From a virus (lineage: Duplodnaviria > Caudoviricetes): a stretch of 54,250 nucleotides of DNA. The translations under genes and the position numbers were made by a program. Location of the stretch: the IMG/VR virus record IMGVR_UViG_3300027589_000005, positions 1-54,250 of that record; one strand, written 5' to 3'. Below, in pieces: positions 10,276 through 19,515 of this stretch. Every line of letters begins with the position of its first letter. Positions within the stretch are counted from its first letter, which is position 1. Under the pieces are notes generated by a model. That model made no database searches. It saw nothing but the letters and a program-made list of their open reading frames with translations, and was not told the origin of the DNA.

Positions 10276-12040
10276 CTTGAATCCTCCAAAGCATGCTATC
10301 TGCGATTGCTTGCAAGTCGTCATAAGTGTCTTTCATTAACTGGTACCTATTCCAAACCATATCTTTCCAAGCTTGGAATTCTGGCTTTTGAGTTAAATCA
10401 TCACTTACGATTATACGTTGTTCGCTTGGGAATTCTACATCTCGTGTTGTTTTAGCTGCGGCTCTAGATCCATACTGGTTAGCAGGGCGAGTCTTATTGG
10501 CGTTAGTCTTGCTTTTCTTTGTGGCCGGTCTTCCTGACTTCGCTTTGGCGGCAGCAGTCTTAGCTTTGGCTGCTGTCTGAGCTGCCTGCTTCTGGATCTT
10601 TAGCTCTTCTTCACCACGCTTCTCTTCTTTCTTAACGGCCTGAGGGGTTAGATTAGACGCAGGAGCATTGGCCAAAGCCTCTCCAGCAGCAAAGGGAATC
10701 GTCGCGCTCTTAAGTAGAGCAGCTGGTTCACCAAACAGAGCATGATGCGTACGCTTCAAATCCTCTTCAGAGAATGGCCTATCGCCAAGAGCAATCTTAG
10801 CTTCTTCGACTGTCATAAGATTGGCTACCCATTTCTGGATAATCTGGTTTTCATCAGCTCGACGTTCTTCCTTATCAATGACGCCAAACTTGATGCTGAC
10901 TTTCTCTTCTTCTTCGAAGATGTCATATCCACCTTCAAGTAGGATTTCGTCGATCACGTAAGCGTTGAATTGGATAGCGTACTCGATAGCAAGCGCCTCG
11001 ATATCTAGCAGCATGCCCTTAGAAAGAGTAGAGGCCGTAGACCTATTAGCAGAGTCTCCTTCTCCCATATCAAGTGCAGACGTACCTAGAGAGGCAAATG
11101 CGCGGCTTTTAAAATGATCGATATAGTAGTCAATCCGCAGAGACCTGCCTTCACTACCAATAGCCTGGATCTTGTGCCTATGGTCTGTAACCAACACACC
11201 TCCTGGAGGCATGTGCTTTACCTTATGGGCCACCTTAGAAGTCTCTTTAATACCATCAGGAGAGACACGCTCAGGCATCTCGTCAGTACCAACAGTATAG
11301 TGGAATACAGGGAAGAGGTTTGTTTCAATCAAATCCTGGATGTTTTCTTCGACACGACGCAAGATTTGGATATCATCAATAGCTGGAATTAGCTCAGGCG
11401 TACCTAGAAAGAAGCCGGGACTCCTATTCGTACAGAAATGCACAATGTCTTTAGCTGGAAAGATCTTTTCGTTGCCCGTAGGCATAAGCTGCTTTACTTC
11501 GATCAGCTCACCATTTGGTTTGGCTCTGAACCTCAGAGTCTCAATTGGCAGAACATGATAACCAGCTACCGGTTGCATCTCTGCGCCACTAGGTAACTTT
11601 CTTGGTTTTGCTGAGCTTTTGTTCTCACTACGAGTTTTGACTACAATACAGTTGTTGTATCGCGCCAAGTCAAATAAATGAGAATAAACCATCATTGAAG
11701 TAGGGATGTTAGTGGCTCCAGCAATCTCACGCAGACGCATCTTAACGTAGTCTGCCTTTTCTGAATCCTTGGAGCTAATGGTAAAGCCGGCCACCATTAG
11801 CCTGTTTACCTTTTTGCGAATAGACCTAGAGAAATAGCCATCAGAATGTTGGGCTACTTGAATCTCTCTAAAGTCATACTCTGCACTGAAGAACTGTTCC
11901 TTTGCATACTTCTCTGTATATGAGAAAGGCTTAGGCTTAACACTACCGAGGACCTGAAAAGATTCCGCGTCAGAGAGATAGCCATCGTCTTCTCTACGGG
12001 CAGCAAAGTTTCTAATTGCTAGGGCTACAGAAGGTTTCAT
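10265..12040 (-). CDS. Portal protein
   Basis: 591 aa directly before the protease; DIVHF...GFFLGTPELIPAIDDI pattern and basic disordered C-terminal tail. Confidence 0.8.
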   Translation of the reverse strand: MKPSVALAIRNFAARREDDGYLSDAESFQVLGSVKPKPFSYTEKYAKEQFFSAEYDFREIQVAQHSDGYFSRSIRKKVNRLMVAGFTISSKDSEKADYVKMRLREIAGATNIPTSMMVYSHLFDLARYNNCIVVKTRSENKSSAKPRKLPSGAEMQPVAGYHVLPIETLRFRAKPNGELIEVKQLMPTGNEKIFPAKDIVHFCTNRSPGFFLGTPELIPAIDDIQILRRVEENIQDLIETNLFPVFHYTVGTDEMPERVSPDGIKETSKVAHKVKHMPPGGVLVTDHRHKIQAIGSEGRSLRIDYYIDHFKSRAFASLGTSALDMGEGDSANRSTASTLSKGMLLDIEALAIEYAIQFNAYVIDEILLEGGYDIFEEEEKVSIKFGVIDKEERRADENQIIQKWVANLMTVEEAKIALGDRPFSEEDLKRTHHALFGEPAALLKSATIPFAAGEALANAPASNLTPQAVKKEEKRGEEELKIQKQAAQTAAKAKTAAAKAKSGRPATKKSKTNANKTRPANQYGSRAAAKTTRDVEFPSEQRIIVSDDLTQKPEFQAWKDMVWNRYQLMKDTYDDLQAIADSMLWRIQDEE

Positions 12041-13614
12041 GTTCTATTCTCCGTTAGTTCGGAAATCCATTTGCTAAGCATAACAGACTCTTGTGGATCT
12101 CGACTACTAATGCATGCCGATAGGGGAAGTGTATGGCCGCTTACGGTCACTGTGCCTTCCTTGGCGCTGGAAGTCGGATCAACAAAACGCTTTAGAGCGT
12201 CTTCAAGCTTATCTGGGTGCTCTTCTACGAACTGACACCAATCCGTAACGTCTTTGTTCTCTTTAATCAAGTTGATAATCATAATTACCAATCTGATGAT
12301 GCTGAGGATCAAAAGCATAAAGCCGTACGCTTCTAGCTGCACACTCAGCCCACCAGCCACCAATCCTTTGATGCTTGTTAGTGAAAGCAGAATCTCATTG
12401 AAGAAGTTACTTACGTTATCTTTCGCCTCAGCGATCGCCGATACAAACTTATTGAAGAACAAATCGTCCGTAGCTGGTTTCTCAATTGCTTCTTTCATAG
12501 TTCTAGCAGTAGTGAACTCCGCTCCAGACACAAATTGAGCCCATGGATTGATGTTCTTCACTCCATCTGGGAGCCCAGTCATTTTCTTCCCGTCGATTAG
12601 CTGATCAGATCTTACAAACTTCTTCTTTACGGGGTCCCAATATAGGCCCGTAAAGACAAGAGAAGCCTCGGCGTTAGGAATGATTTCGCCACCCTTAATC
12701 TCTTTTAGGCGGTCTAAGAATTCTTCCTTAGCGGCCTTCATGGTAGCGTAAGTATCCTTGGCTTGGTATTCCACTGTAGCCAAGGTCATAAAGATTCCTT
12801 CCAAGCAGTCAAGGGGGTTTAGCACGACACCCGCGATTTGCTGGATCAAACTAGAAAGTGCATCCACAATAAAGTTGATAATTGGTCCTAATAGCACTGT
12901 CCAATCTAACTTTGCCGACAGAGCAAACGTCAGATACTTTGTGAATAGCATCTTAAGGGCCATTAGCAAAGCAATCCAATCAGCAGGGCACACTAGACTA
13001 AACCAGTTCATCCAACGACAAAAGTTACGTAGGAAGTTAACTGGGTTAGTTAGATCTTCGAGTTTCTCCAAAATATTGTTGATATCGTTTAGTAGACTAA
13101 AGATCGGACCCAACAGATCTACTAATGGAATCTGCCAGTTGAATGTAATTCGCGTATTACAGTTCCAACATTCGGCCATATAGGCTTCGAACTTAGCTGC
13201 GTCTGCTGGTGACATGCCAAGTAGTTTACCGTAATCCGTTTCGAGGCTGAGAGAGCCACCACCAATCTCTAATGAGGGGGTTGGGAGGCCGCCATTGTCG
13301 CTAAGAACTAGGCCTTCGTTCTCTCCAGGTACGTAATCGATTGTTAGTCCAGCTTCCGTCGTAACGTCTTGTGAGCCCGTAGGAGAGGGAACGCTACTCT
13401 TGGAGCTGTATCCAGGAGGCGTGCCAATCTTCTTCATACGATTGAGAGACTCGTCTGCTCCCTGCAGAATAGTTTTAAAGCCCTCAATAGGGCCTTGCAT
13501 AGACATGATGATGCCTTCCCTTGTTTCTGACTCAAGGGCCGCTGTCTCAAACGCATCAATCAACAACACAATGTTGTTGTATGTCTCTTGATCATATAGG
13601 TCTGCAGTAATCAT
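12037..13614 (-). CDS. Hypothetical virion protein with hydrophobic helices
   Basis: 525 aa with several hydrophobic segments; translationally coupled within the head operon. Confidence 0.6.
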   Translation of the reverse strand: MITADLYDQETYNNIVLLIDAFETAALESETREGIIMSMQGPIEGFKTILQGADESLNRMKKIGTPPGYSSKSSVPSPTGSQDVTTEAGLTIDYVPGENEGLVLSDNGGLPTPSLEIGGGSLSLETDYGKLLGMSPADAAKFEAYMAECWNCNTRITFNWQIPLVDLLGPIFSLLNDINNILEKLEDLTNPVNFLRNFCRWMNWFSLVCPADWIALLMALKMLFTKYLTFALSAKLDWTVLLGPIINFIVDALSSLIQQIAGVVLNPLDCLEGIFMTLATVEYQAKDTYATMKAAKEEFLDRLKEIKGGEIIPNAEASLVFTGLYWDPVKKKFVRSDQLIDGKKMTGLPDGVKNINPWAQFVSGAEFTTARTMKEAIEKPATDDLFFNKFVSAIAEAKDNVSNFFNEILLSLTSIKGLVAGGLSVQLEAYGFMLLILSIIRLVIMIINLIKENKDVTDWCQFVEEHPDKLEDALKRFVDPTSSAKEGTVTVSGHTLPLSACISSRDPQESVMLSKWISELTENRT

Positions 13615-13907
13615 TAGTCGTCGTCCATTTTGATTAGGTCTTCGCGGATCATCTTTCCGCCCTGCCCACGTTCTACAAGGTCAGCGTACGTGTGAGCCAG
13701 AGCTCTAGCTTCTCCATCATAACGAAAATCTGTAATTGGTGCAGAGACGCCCAATTCCTGAGCAAAACTTCTTAGGATTGCTTCCAAATCAGCTCGAGTA
13801 ACAAAATCCCTCCCAATCTTAGGGAACAGGATCTTGTAACCTTCTTCTCTGTACTTGTTAGCAGAAAAACCATCCTCGTTACGGGCAGCCTTACTTAGAA
13901 AGCTCAT
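13614..13907 (-). CDS. Hypothetical protein
   Basis: Coupled ORF (ATGA overlap) in the structural operon. Confidence 0.55.
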   Translation of the reverse strand: MSFLSKAARNEDGFSANKYREEGYKILFPKIGRDFVTRADLEAILRSFAQELGVSAPITDFRYDGEARALAHTYADLVERGQGGKMIREDLIKMDDD

Positions 13908-14383
13908 GTATTCCCCCAATCGCCTTTCACATACTCTTCAGTACTCTCTTTATCTAGCTTAGCTTTTAATGCTTTTAGCTCTTTGTACATCTGATACGTG
14001 ATAGCGTCTTTGGCTTCACCATATAGTTGTCTTGTCGCTGTCCTGAGGTTTCTGCGTTTAGAGATATTTAGTTTGTAGCCGATCTTGTTTTGTTCAGATA
14101 GCTGTAGGTCTAGGCCGTTAGAGAAAGAAGTGAGGCGCTCCATAGTCTGCCTTACTTGCATTTTGGCGTCGTCGATTAGCTTTGCTTGTTCGATTGATTC
14201 TTCTAAGGACAACGCTTTAATTGGCCCCGCCTTTTCAGTCGAAGCTTCCTCCAAACGCTTATTGAGCTTTGCGGCGACATCTTCTCCGCTCGCCTTGCTT
14301 CCCCTAACGGCCTCATTCAAACTACCAAAATCAGGCTGTAAATCAGGAGGATTGAACCCTTTGAAGATCTTTTCAAACGACAT
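13904..14383 (-). CDS. Hypothetical protein
   Basis: 159 aa, coupled on both sides. Confidence 0.6.
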   Translation of the reverse strand: MSFEKIFKGFNPPDLQPDFGSLNEAVRGSKASGEDVAAKLNKRLEEASTEKAGPIKALSLEESIEQAKLIDDAKMQVRQTMERLTSFSNGLDLQLSEQNKIGYKLNISKRRNLRTATRQLYGEAKDAITYQMYKELKALKAKLDKESTEEYVKGDWGNT

Positions 14384-14820
14384 CAGCTACCTACTACTTT
14401 CTCTTGTGCGGAAAGAGTAAGTACATAGTTATTCCGATACTGAGCTGGAGTGCGACCAGGCACAAAAACCCTAAGCCAAACTGAAAGCAAAGTAGTAGTG
14501 TCTCCAGCATCTGTATCTCCTAAGGACCCAAGAACAACTGGCGCCATATTGGTTGCGGCGTCCCATTCTTTTTCAGTAGGTCTACGTGAACCAGGAATCA
14601 ACTTAAACGACCAACCACTAGTCCCATACTCTCCAGTGACATCATAAGATCCTGAAGATGTAAGTTGAACTTGAATCTGCTGGTAGTAGTGGTTCGCGCT
14701 ATCATTCCTAACAAAGAATTGAACTTCAGAAGCATCTCCATAGTATCCATTATGGGCAGTCCACAAAGGATTGCTACTAGAGAGCTCATCAAAATTGGTA
14801 TCGAAGAATTTAAGACTCAT
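14383..14820 (-). CDS. Hypothetical beta-rich virion protein
   Basis: 145 aa, coupled on both sides. Confidence 0.6.
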   Translation of the reverse strand: MSLKFFDTNFDELSSSNPLWTAHNGYYGDASEVQFFVRNDSANHYYQQIQVQLTSSGSYDVTGEYGTSGWSFKLIPGSRRPTEKEWDAATNMAPVVLGSLGDTDAGDTTTLLSVWLRVFVPGRTPAQYRNNYVLTLSAQEKVVGS

Positions 14821-15926
14821 TATCCACCAAACCTATTGCCTCTAGTAGAGTTGAGGCCCTGAGCACGGTTTCTGTTTGTACCAAACATACCACCACCAAG
14901 CATAGCACCAGTAGCAAAGAGAGCAGCTCTAGCTTCGGCGCTTTCAATGCCACGAGCTGTTTGCACAGCCTTACCTGCAAACTCAGTACCAAAGTCGAAG
15001 TTCTTGCTTACAGCTTGTCCCCATTCAGCGACGCCACTAATCATTCCTCTACTAGCAACTCCGGATACCACAGCACCACCAGCGGCACCAAAAGTAGCTC
15101 CTTTAGCAAAGGTCCATACTCCACGGTTCTCTTCAGTAGAGCCAATCCAAGCGGTACCACCACCAACAAGAGCCCCACCAACTACAGCGTTAGCGGAACC
15201 AAAGCCCATAGCGGGAGTATAAGTATCTGGTACTGGATCTGACGGCCTTATCGGCATTGGAGCAGGCTTTTTTGTAGAGTATTTGCCTTTTGAACGCACC
15301 AAGTCGAAATTGCTAACTGTTCCGCTTGCCACTCTTCCTAGATAAGAGGTTTTTTGAGGTTTTGGCGCTCTCTTCCTTTTGTAATCTGTTTTAAACTCTC
15401 CAGGTGCATCCAGATAAGAATCGTCATAAGACTCTGGAGTCTCTTTAGGAGGAGTTTTACTGAGTGGGGCCGGACGATTTGCAGCTGGCTTTTTTTGAGC
15501 GTAGTTGCCTCTGAGGAGACTAACGTTTCTGTTTGCAACTTCTCCGCTTGCCACTCTTCCTAGATAAGAGGTTTTTTGAGGTTTTGGCGCTCTTTTTCTT
15601 TTGTAGTCTGTCCTAAATTCTCCAGGTGCATCTAAGTAAGAGTCGTCATACGAACCTGGCGTAGGACGATTAAGACGGCTCATTTCACTAGAATCCAAAT
15701 ATTTTGGTGTATCATAGCCAAGTTGTTTCATTGTTGGCGAGAACGGCGCATCTAAGTAGGAGTCATCGTATGGTTTTAGAACTTCTTGTGGTTCCATATC
15801 ATAACGCATTCTCGTAGAAGGCACAAAATCTGGAGCAGGCCTAGGGACTGGCACCGCATTTGGTCCGCCAAGTTTTGGTGCGGCAGCATCGAACAGACCT
15901 GCCAATCCTGTCCATTTACCTTTCAT
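14820..15926 (-). CDS. Hypothetical protein with YDDSYLDAP repeats and Gly-rich hydrophobic C-terminus
   Basis: 368 aa with a visible internal repeat; coupled to the terminase gene. Confidence 0.65.
   Translation of the reverse strand: MKGKWTGLAGLFDAAAPKLGGPNAVPVPRPAPDFVPSTRMRYDMEPQEVLKPYDDSYLDAPFSPTMKQLGYDTPKYLDSSEMSRLNRPTPGSYDDSYLDAPGEFRTDYKRKRAPKPQKTSYLGRVASGEVANRNVSLLRGNYAQKKPAANRPAPLSKTPPKETPESYDDSYLDAPGEFKTDYKRKRAPKPQKTSYLGRVASGTVSNFDLVRSKGKYSTKKPAPMPIRPSDPVPDTYTPAMGFGSANAVVGGALVGGGTAWIGSTEENRGVWTFAKGATFGAAGGAVVSGVASRGMISGVAEWGQAVSKNFDFGTEFAGKAVQTARGIESAEARAALFATGAMLGGGMFGTNRNRAQGLNSTRGNRFGG
15321..15650. repeat. Intragenic direct repeat, about 108 bp, 222-bp period
   Basis: 15321-15428 and 15543-15650 are near-identical (TCCGCTTGCCACTCTTCCTAGATAAGAGG...). 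Confidence 0.9.
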
Positions 15927-18115
15927 TATCTCCTCCCTAGAGGCTTACCGCCCCTGCGTGGTACAGCGTAAATATCGTTATCATCATTAAATGAATCACT
16001 ATCTGGATCGTAACCTTTTGGTAAATTCTTATAGTACTCAGCTACTGTTTTTGGTGCGTTGTTTCTACGAGAAATACCTTGTTTCTTACTACCTTCATAG
16101 TCCAATTCATTCAACAGTGTACCATTGCCACCATAGATATTCAGGCCCGTAATAGAGACGCCTGCCTTTGCTACATCTCTAATGAATTCTGCAGTACCGC
16201 TTAGGTCAGATTCGTTTTCCTTTCCTCTTTTCTCCAGTGTCTTGTCATCCACTACAGAGACGTTGCCATCTCCATACATGTTTGGTGAGTACTCCGATAG
16301 CTCAATGAACAACCCTCCAAGGGCCAACATCCAAGCATCTAGTCTATGGTCTCCGACCGTAGCGTTTTCGGGCCCGTAGATAGGACGATTGGTTTGTGGG
16401 TTACGCCTTACGATGATGTAGTTTCCAAGTTCGTTTTTTAGTTGCTCATCATCTTTAGGGAATACAAACTTTTCATCTTCAAAGATACGCATTGCGTTTT
16501 CTACAAGGAAGTCTTTCGCGGTCTTTTGGATTTCGCGGCCGTCTACTGGCGACCTCAGAGTTACCTTCGAAGAGAAGTTGAACGACTTGATGATGTCTAC
16601 GATTCGAGCTGCGGACTTTTCTCTTTCTGTTTTCTTTTCTTTTTCTCTCATAGCGAGAGAGTAAACTTGCAAGTCCTCAATAATTGTGTGGCCGTACCCG
16701 TCGTCTGCATAGATATAGTCCAGGTTCCACTTATGAGTGAGGCGAATTACTTCTTCTTTCCACTTAATAGAAGAGAATTCTGACTGGGAGATGTTGATTG
16801 CTTCGAGTCCAATCCACCTATGCCCGTCTGCATCATAGCCAGCCACATAGAACTCAGTACCCGCATTCTTGTTCCAGTCAATGCCCATACACTTGATGAG
16901 CTTCTCGGGTCGCGCCACCCCTAATTTAGTACGCAAAGTATGATTACTAATGGTTTCATAATACGTGTACTCTCTAAGGGCACTCATAATCCAAGAAGGA
17001 CGGAATACAGAAGAGCCACCATCAATAAACTCGGCCATAAACTCAGACATGATAGAGTCTTTGCTCTTGCCCTTGGTAAGAAGGTCTTTAGTTTCGTCCC
17101 ATTGAGGTAGAACTGTAGTTGGGATGTGATCTTCTTTGAATGAGGCATCTTGCATGCACCATTTATAGAAGGCGGCGCGCTTACCAATAGGAGTAGAAGT
17201 AGCAATGATTCGAGTGTTCTTACGAGTAGCCATAATAGGAATAATGGCATCATCAAGAATCTTCTCTGGAATCATATCCATTTCGTCTAGATAGATGATG
17301 TCGGCAGACTGTCCACGCATGGTACCACCAGAAGAGCCGTCTTGCTTGACGCCAACGCCTGAAACGAATCCTTTGATCACGCCACCATTCTTGAACTCCA
17401 TACGTAAAGGAGGAGTTTTAGCATACAAGGAGCCGCTGGCTCCTGTAGTGACTTGGGCAGCTAGCTCGGGACAACGAAGAAGCAAATCTTCCATTTCCTG
17501 AAAGATCGCGTTAATCTGAGCTTGGTAAGGAGTAACGATCATGATCTGAGGGCCGGCGTAAACATTCTGCCCGTTTGATTTACCCTTAGGAATCTTTACA
17601 GTCTCAACAGCATGTAGCAACTTAAGAGCAATGGCAAACGTTTTCCCTGAACGCCGTCCTTCTCTAAGGGCAATTCTTCTCGAAGTACAGCGAATCTGCT
17701 CCTTCTGATAGGGTCTAAGGTACCACTCGTTATCAGTATCCTTAGTAGAATCATCAAAACCAAACATAAGCTCACACCAAGCAACAGGATCTTGTGTGGC
17801 CCGTAGTACTAAAGTGGCGCGCTCACGAGAAATGCCATCTTTGATCATCATCTGATCTACAATTTCAGCAGATCCAGGAGGCAGAGAGTTCTTGATCCCA
17901 CTGCAAGGAATATTGTTCTCACCATACTTAATGTGTTGGCGCGCAATACAAGCAACACAGGTACGATGCCATTCAGGATTGATATCGAACTTCTTCCTAA
18001 GCCAAATGATTTCCGCTTCTGTTAGCTTAACGTAAGGGTCCTGATATTTAACCTTGTATTCATTCTCTGTGTAGAGCCTGTTTCTGATCCAATCTAACGT
18101 AATCTGCTCAGCCAT
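15926..18115 (-). CDS. terL: Terminase large subunit
   Basis: LRPYQ, Walker A GRRSGKT, Walker B IIYLDE, coupling motif TSTP, nuclease motifs GIDW and DHRLDA. Confidence 0.95.
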   Translation of the reverse strand: MAEQITLDWIRNRLYTENEYKVKYQDPYVKLTEAEIIWLRKKFDINPEWHRTCVACIARQHIKYGENNIPCSGIKNSLPPGSAEIVDQMMIKDGISRERATLVLRATQDPVAWCELMFGFDDSTKDTDNEWYLRPYQKEQIRCTSRRIALREGRRSGKTFAIALKLLHAVETVKIPKGKSNGQNVYAGPQIMIVTPYQAQINAIFQEMEDLLLRCPELAAQVTTGASGSLYAKTPPLRMEFKNGGVIKGFVSGVGVKQDGSSGGTMRGQSADIIYLDEMDMIPEKILDDAIIPIMATRKNTRIIATSTPIGKRAAFYKWCMQDASFKEDHIPTTVLPQWDETKDLLTKGKSKDSIMSEFMAEFIDGGSSVFRPSWIMSALREYTYYETISNHTLRTKLGVARPEKLIKCMGIDWNKNAGTEFYVAGYDADGHRWIGLEAINISQSEFSSIKWKEEVIRLTHKWNLDYIYADDGYGHTIIEDLQVYSLAMREKEKKTEREKSAARIVDIIKSFNFSSKVTLRSPVDGREIQKTAKDFLVENAMRIFEDEKFVFPKDDEQLKNELGNYIIVRRNPQTNRPIYGPENATVGDHRLDAWMLALGGLFIELSEYSPNMYGDGNVSVVDDKTLEKRGKENESDLSGTAEFIRDVAKAGVSITGLNIYGGNGTLLNELDYEGSKKQGISRRNNAPKTVAEYYKNLPKGYDPDSDSFNDDNDIYAVPRRGGKPLGRR

Positions 18116-18533
18116 TGATGATATTCCTGTTGATAGGCACTAGGTATTCTTTTGCCTCAAACAATTGGTGGAGTTCTGTTTCGTAAACACTCCAAACTAG
18201 AGTGTTGCTCTCAATTTCGTAGGTCATGACTTTCCCTACAATAATTGGTGACATGATATGTCTTTCCAAAACAAGATTTACGTGGTCGCTGTCGCCCAAA
18301 TCATAGATCTCAATTCTGAAGTCATCAAATGTTGCAGTCCAGGCGTTCTTGTAAGACTTAACTACTGGCTTCTTCTCCAAGAACTGCGTCGATGCCATGA
18401 TAAAAGGCGCAATTTCTTCATACAGCATTCCAGCAGTAAATAGAATTAACGTCTTTTTTTGAGACAGAGAGTTAGAGATATCATTCCAAATAGTCATCTT
18501 GCTGGAGAAAGTAAGCATCATGTGTAGGGTCAC
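18108..18533 (-). CDS. Hypothetical protein
   Basis: 141-aa ORF overlapping both neighbours. Confidence 0.5.
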   Translation of the reverse strand: MTLHMMLTFSSKMTIWNDISNSLSQKKTLILFTAGMLYEEIAPFIMASTQFLEKKPVVKSYKNAWTATFDDFRIEIYDLGDSDHVNLVLERHIMSPIIVGKVMTYEIESNTLVWSVYETELHQLFEAKEYLVPINRNIING

Positions 18534-19513
18534 ATCCTATAGCTAGAGTGGTAGTTCTTGGATGGGTAGTGCATGAAGTTAGCCTCCCTTCCAAGGGCCG
18601 ATCTGGCATTCATGTGAGATCTCTGAATAGCCTGAACAGCACGGGAGCGCATAGTAGTGGCCCCTTCAGTCATAAAGGCTGCCAAAGAACCATCTGTTTG
18701 TATAGACTTACGCATCTTCTGGTGAGAATTTGCCATTCGAATCACTTCAGAAGCCCCACGTCCAATTGTACTAATAGCGGCACCACCCATCATTGCAGTG
18801 CCTGCAGCAGCGAACATAAGAGGGTGGCGCGCAATATTTCTCAAAGGGGCACCACCAACCATACCACCCATCAAGGTACCAATGGTCTCAAACCCAGGAA
18901 TACCTGAAGCACCACCTAGAGCTGCACCAATTGAAGCACCGATACCTGCGCCAATGCCTCGCCCTGCCATTCTAAGACCACCAGTATTCACCATACGCTG
19001 AACGATACCGGATCCAGCTTCACCATGTGTTCGTAGAGCGGCGCCCCTAACACCACTCCACATACCTGCATTAAGGGCCAAGTCATAAATGGCAGCATCC
19101 TTAGCACCTTGAATACCATTCTCTGAATACCCAGAAGCAATAAAGTACATAGAAGAAGCAATACCGATGCCTGGTCCAAGAAAAGAGGCCTTCCCTTTAT
19201 GGCTAAGCTTAGTCATGGTCCTAAGATCAGGATAACCGCTCATCAACGCACCACCAAGGGCACCACCTACTCCCATAGCAGAAGCAGAGTAATCGTCCCC
19301 AGTAAGCACAGAGAGACCAATTGAAGCAGCCACGCCAGCAGCACCACCAGCTAATGCTTTGGAGATAGCTCTCTGAGGGTTAATCTTTACGCTTGTACGT
19401 AGCTTACCAAACTCGAAGAAGTCTTCGCCGTTCGCACCACGACCAGAAGCCTCGAAGCCAAAGACTCCAAACATACCCTTATTCAAAGAACCTGAGAATG
19501 AATTTAGGCTCAT
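18530..19513 (-). CDS. Gly/Ala-rich protein, possible internal/ejected virion protein
   Basis: 327 aa with glycine-zipper-like hydrophobic segments. Confidence 0.55.
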   Translation of the reverse strand: MSLNSFSGSLNKGMFGVFGFEASGRGANGEDFFEFGKLRTSVKINPQRAISKALAGGAAGVAASIGLSVLTGDDYSASAMGVGGALGGALMSGYPDLRTMTKLSHKGKASFLGPGIGIASSMYFIASGYSENGIQGAKDAAIYDLALNAGMWSGVRGAALRTHGEAGSGIVQRMVNTGGLRMAGRGIGAGIGASIGAALGGASGIPGFETIGTLMGGMVGGAPLRNIARHPLMFAAAGTAMMGGAAISTIGRGASEVIRMANSHQKMRKSIQTDGSLAAFMTEGATTMRSRAVQAIQRSHMNARSALGREANFMHYPSKNYHSSYRM

Positions 19514-19515
19514 AA

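Noticed and set aside
15926-18115. Intein or intron in the terminase gene
   Set aside because: The ORF is continuous with normal motif spacing and no splicing or homing-endonuclease motifs.
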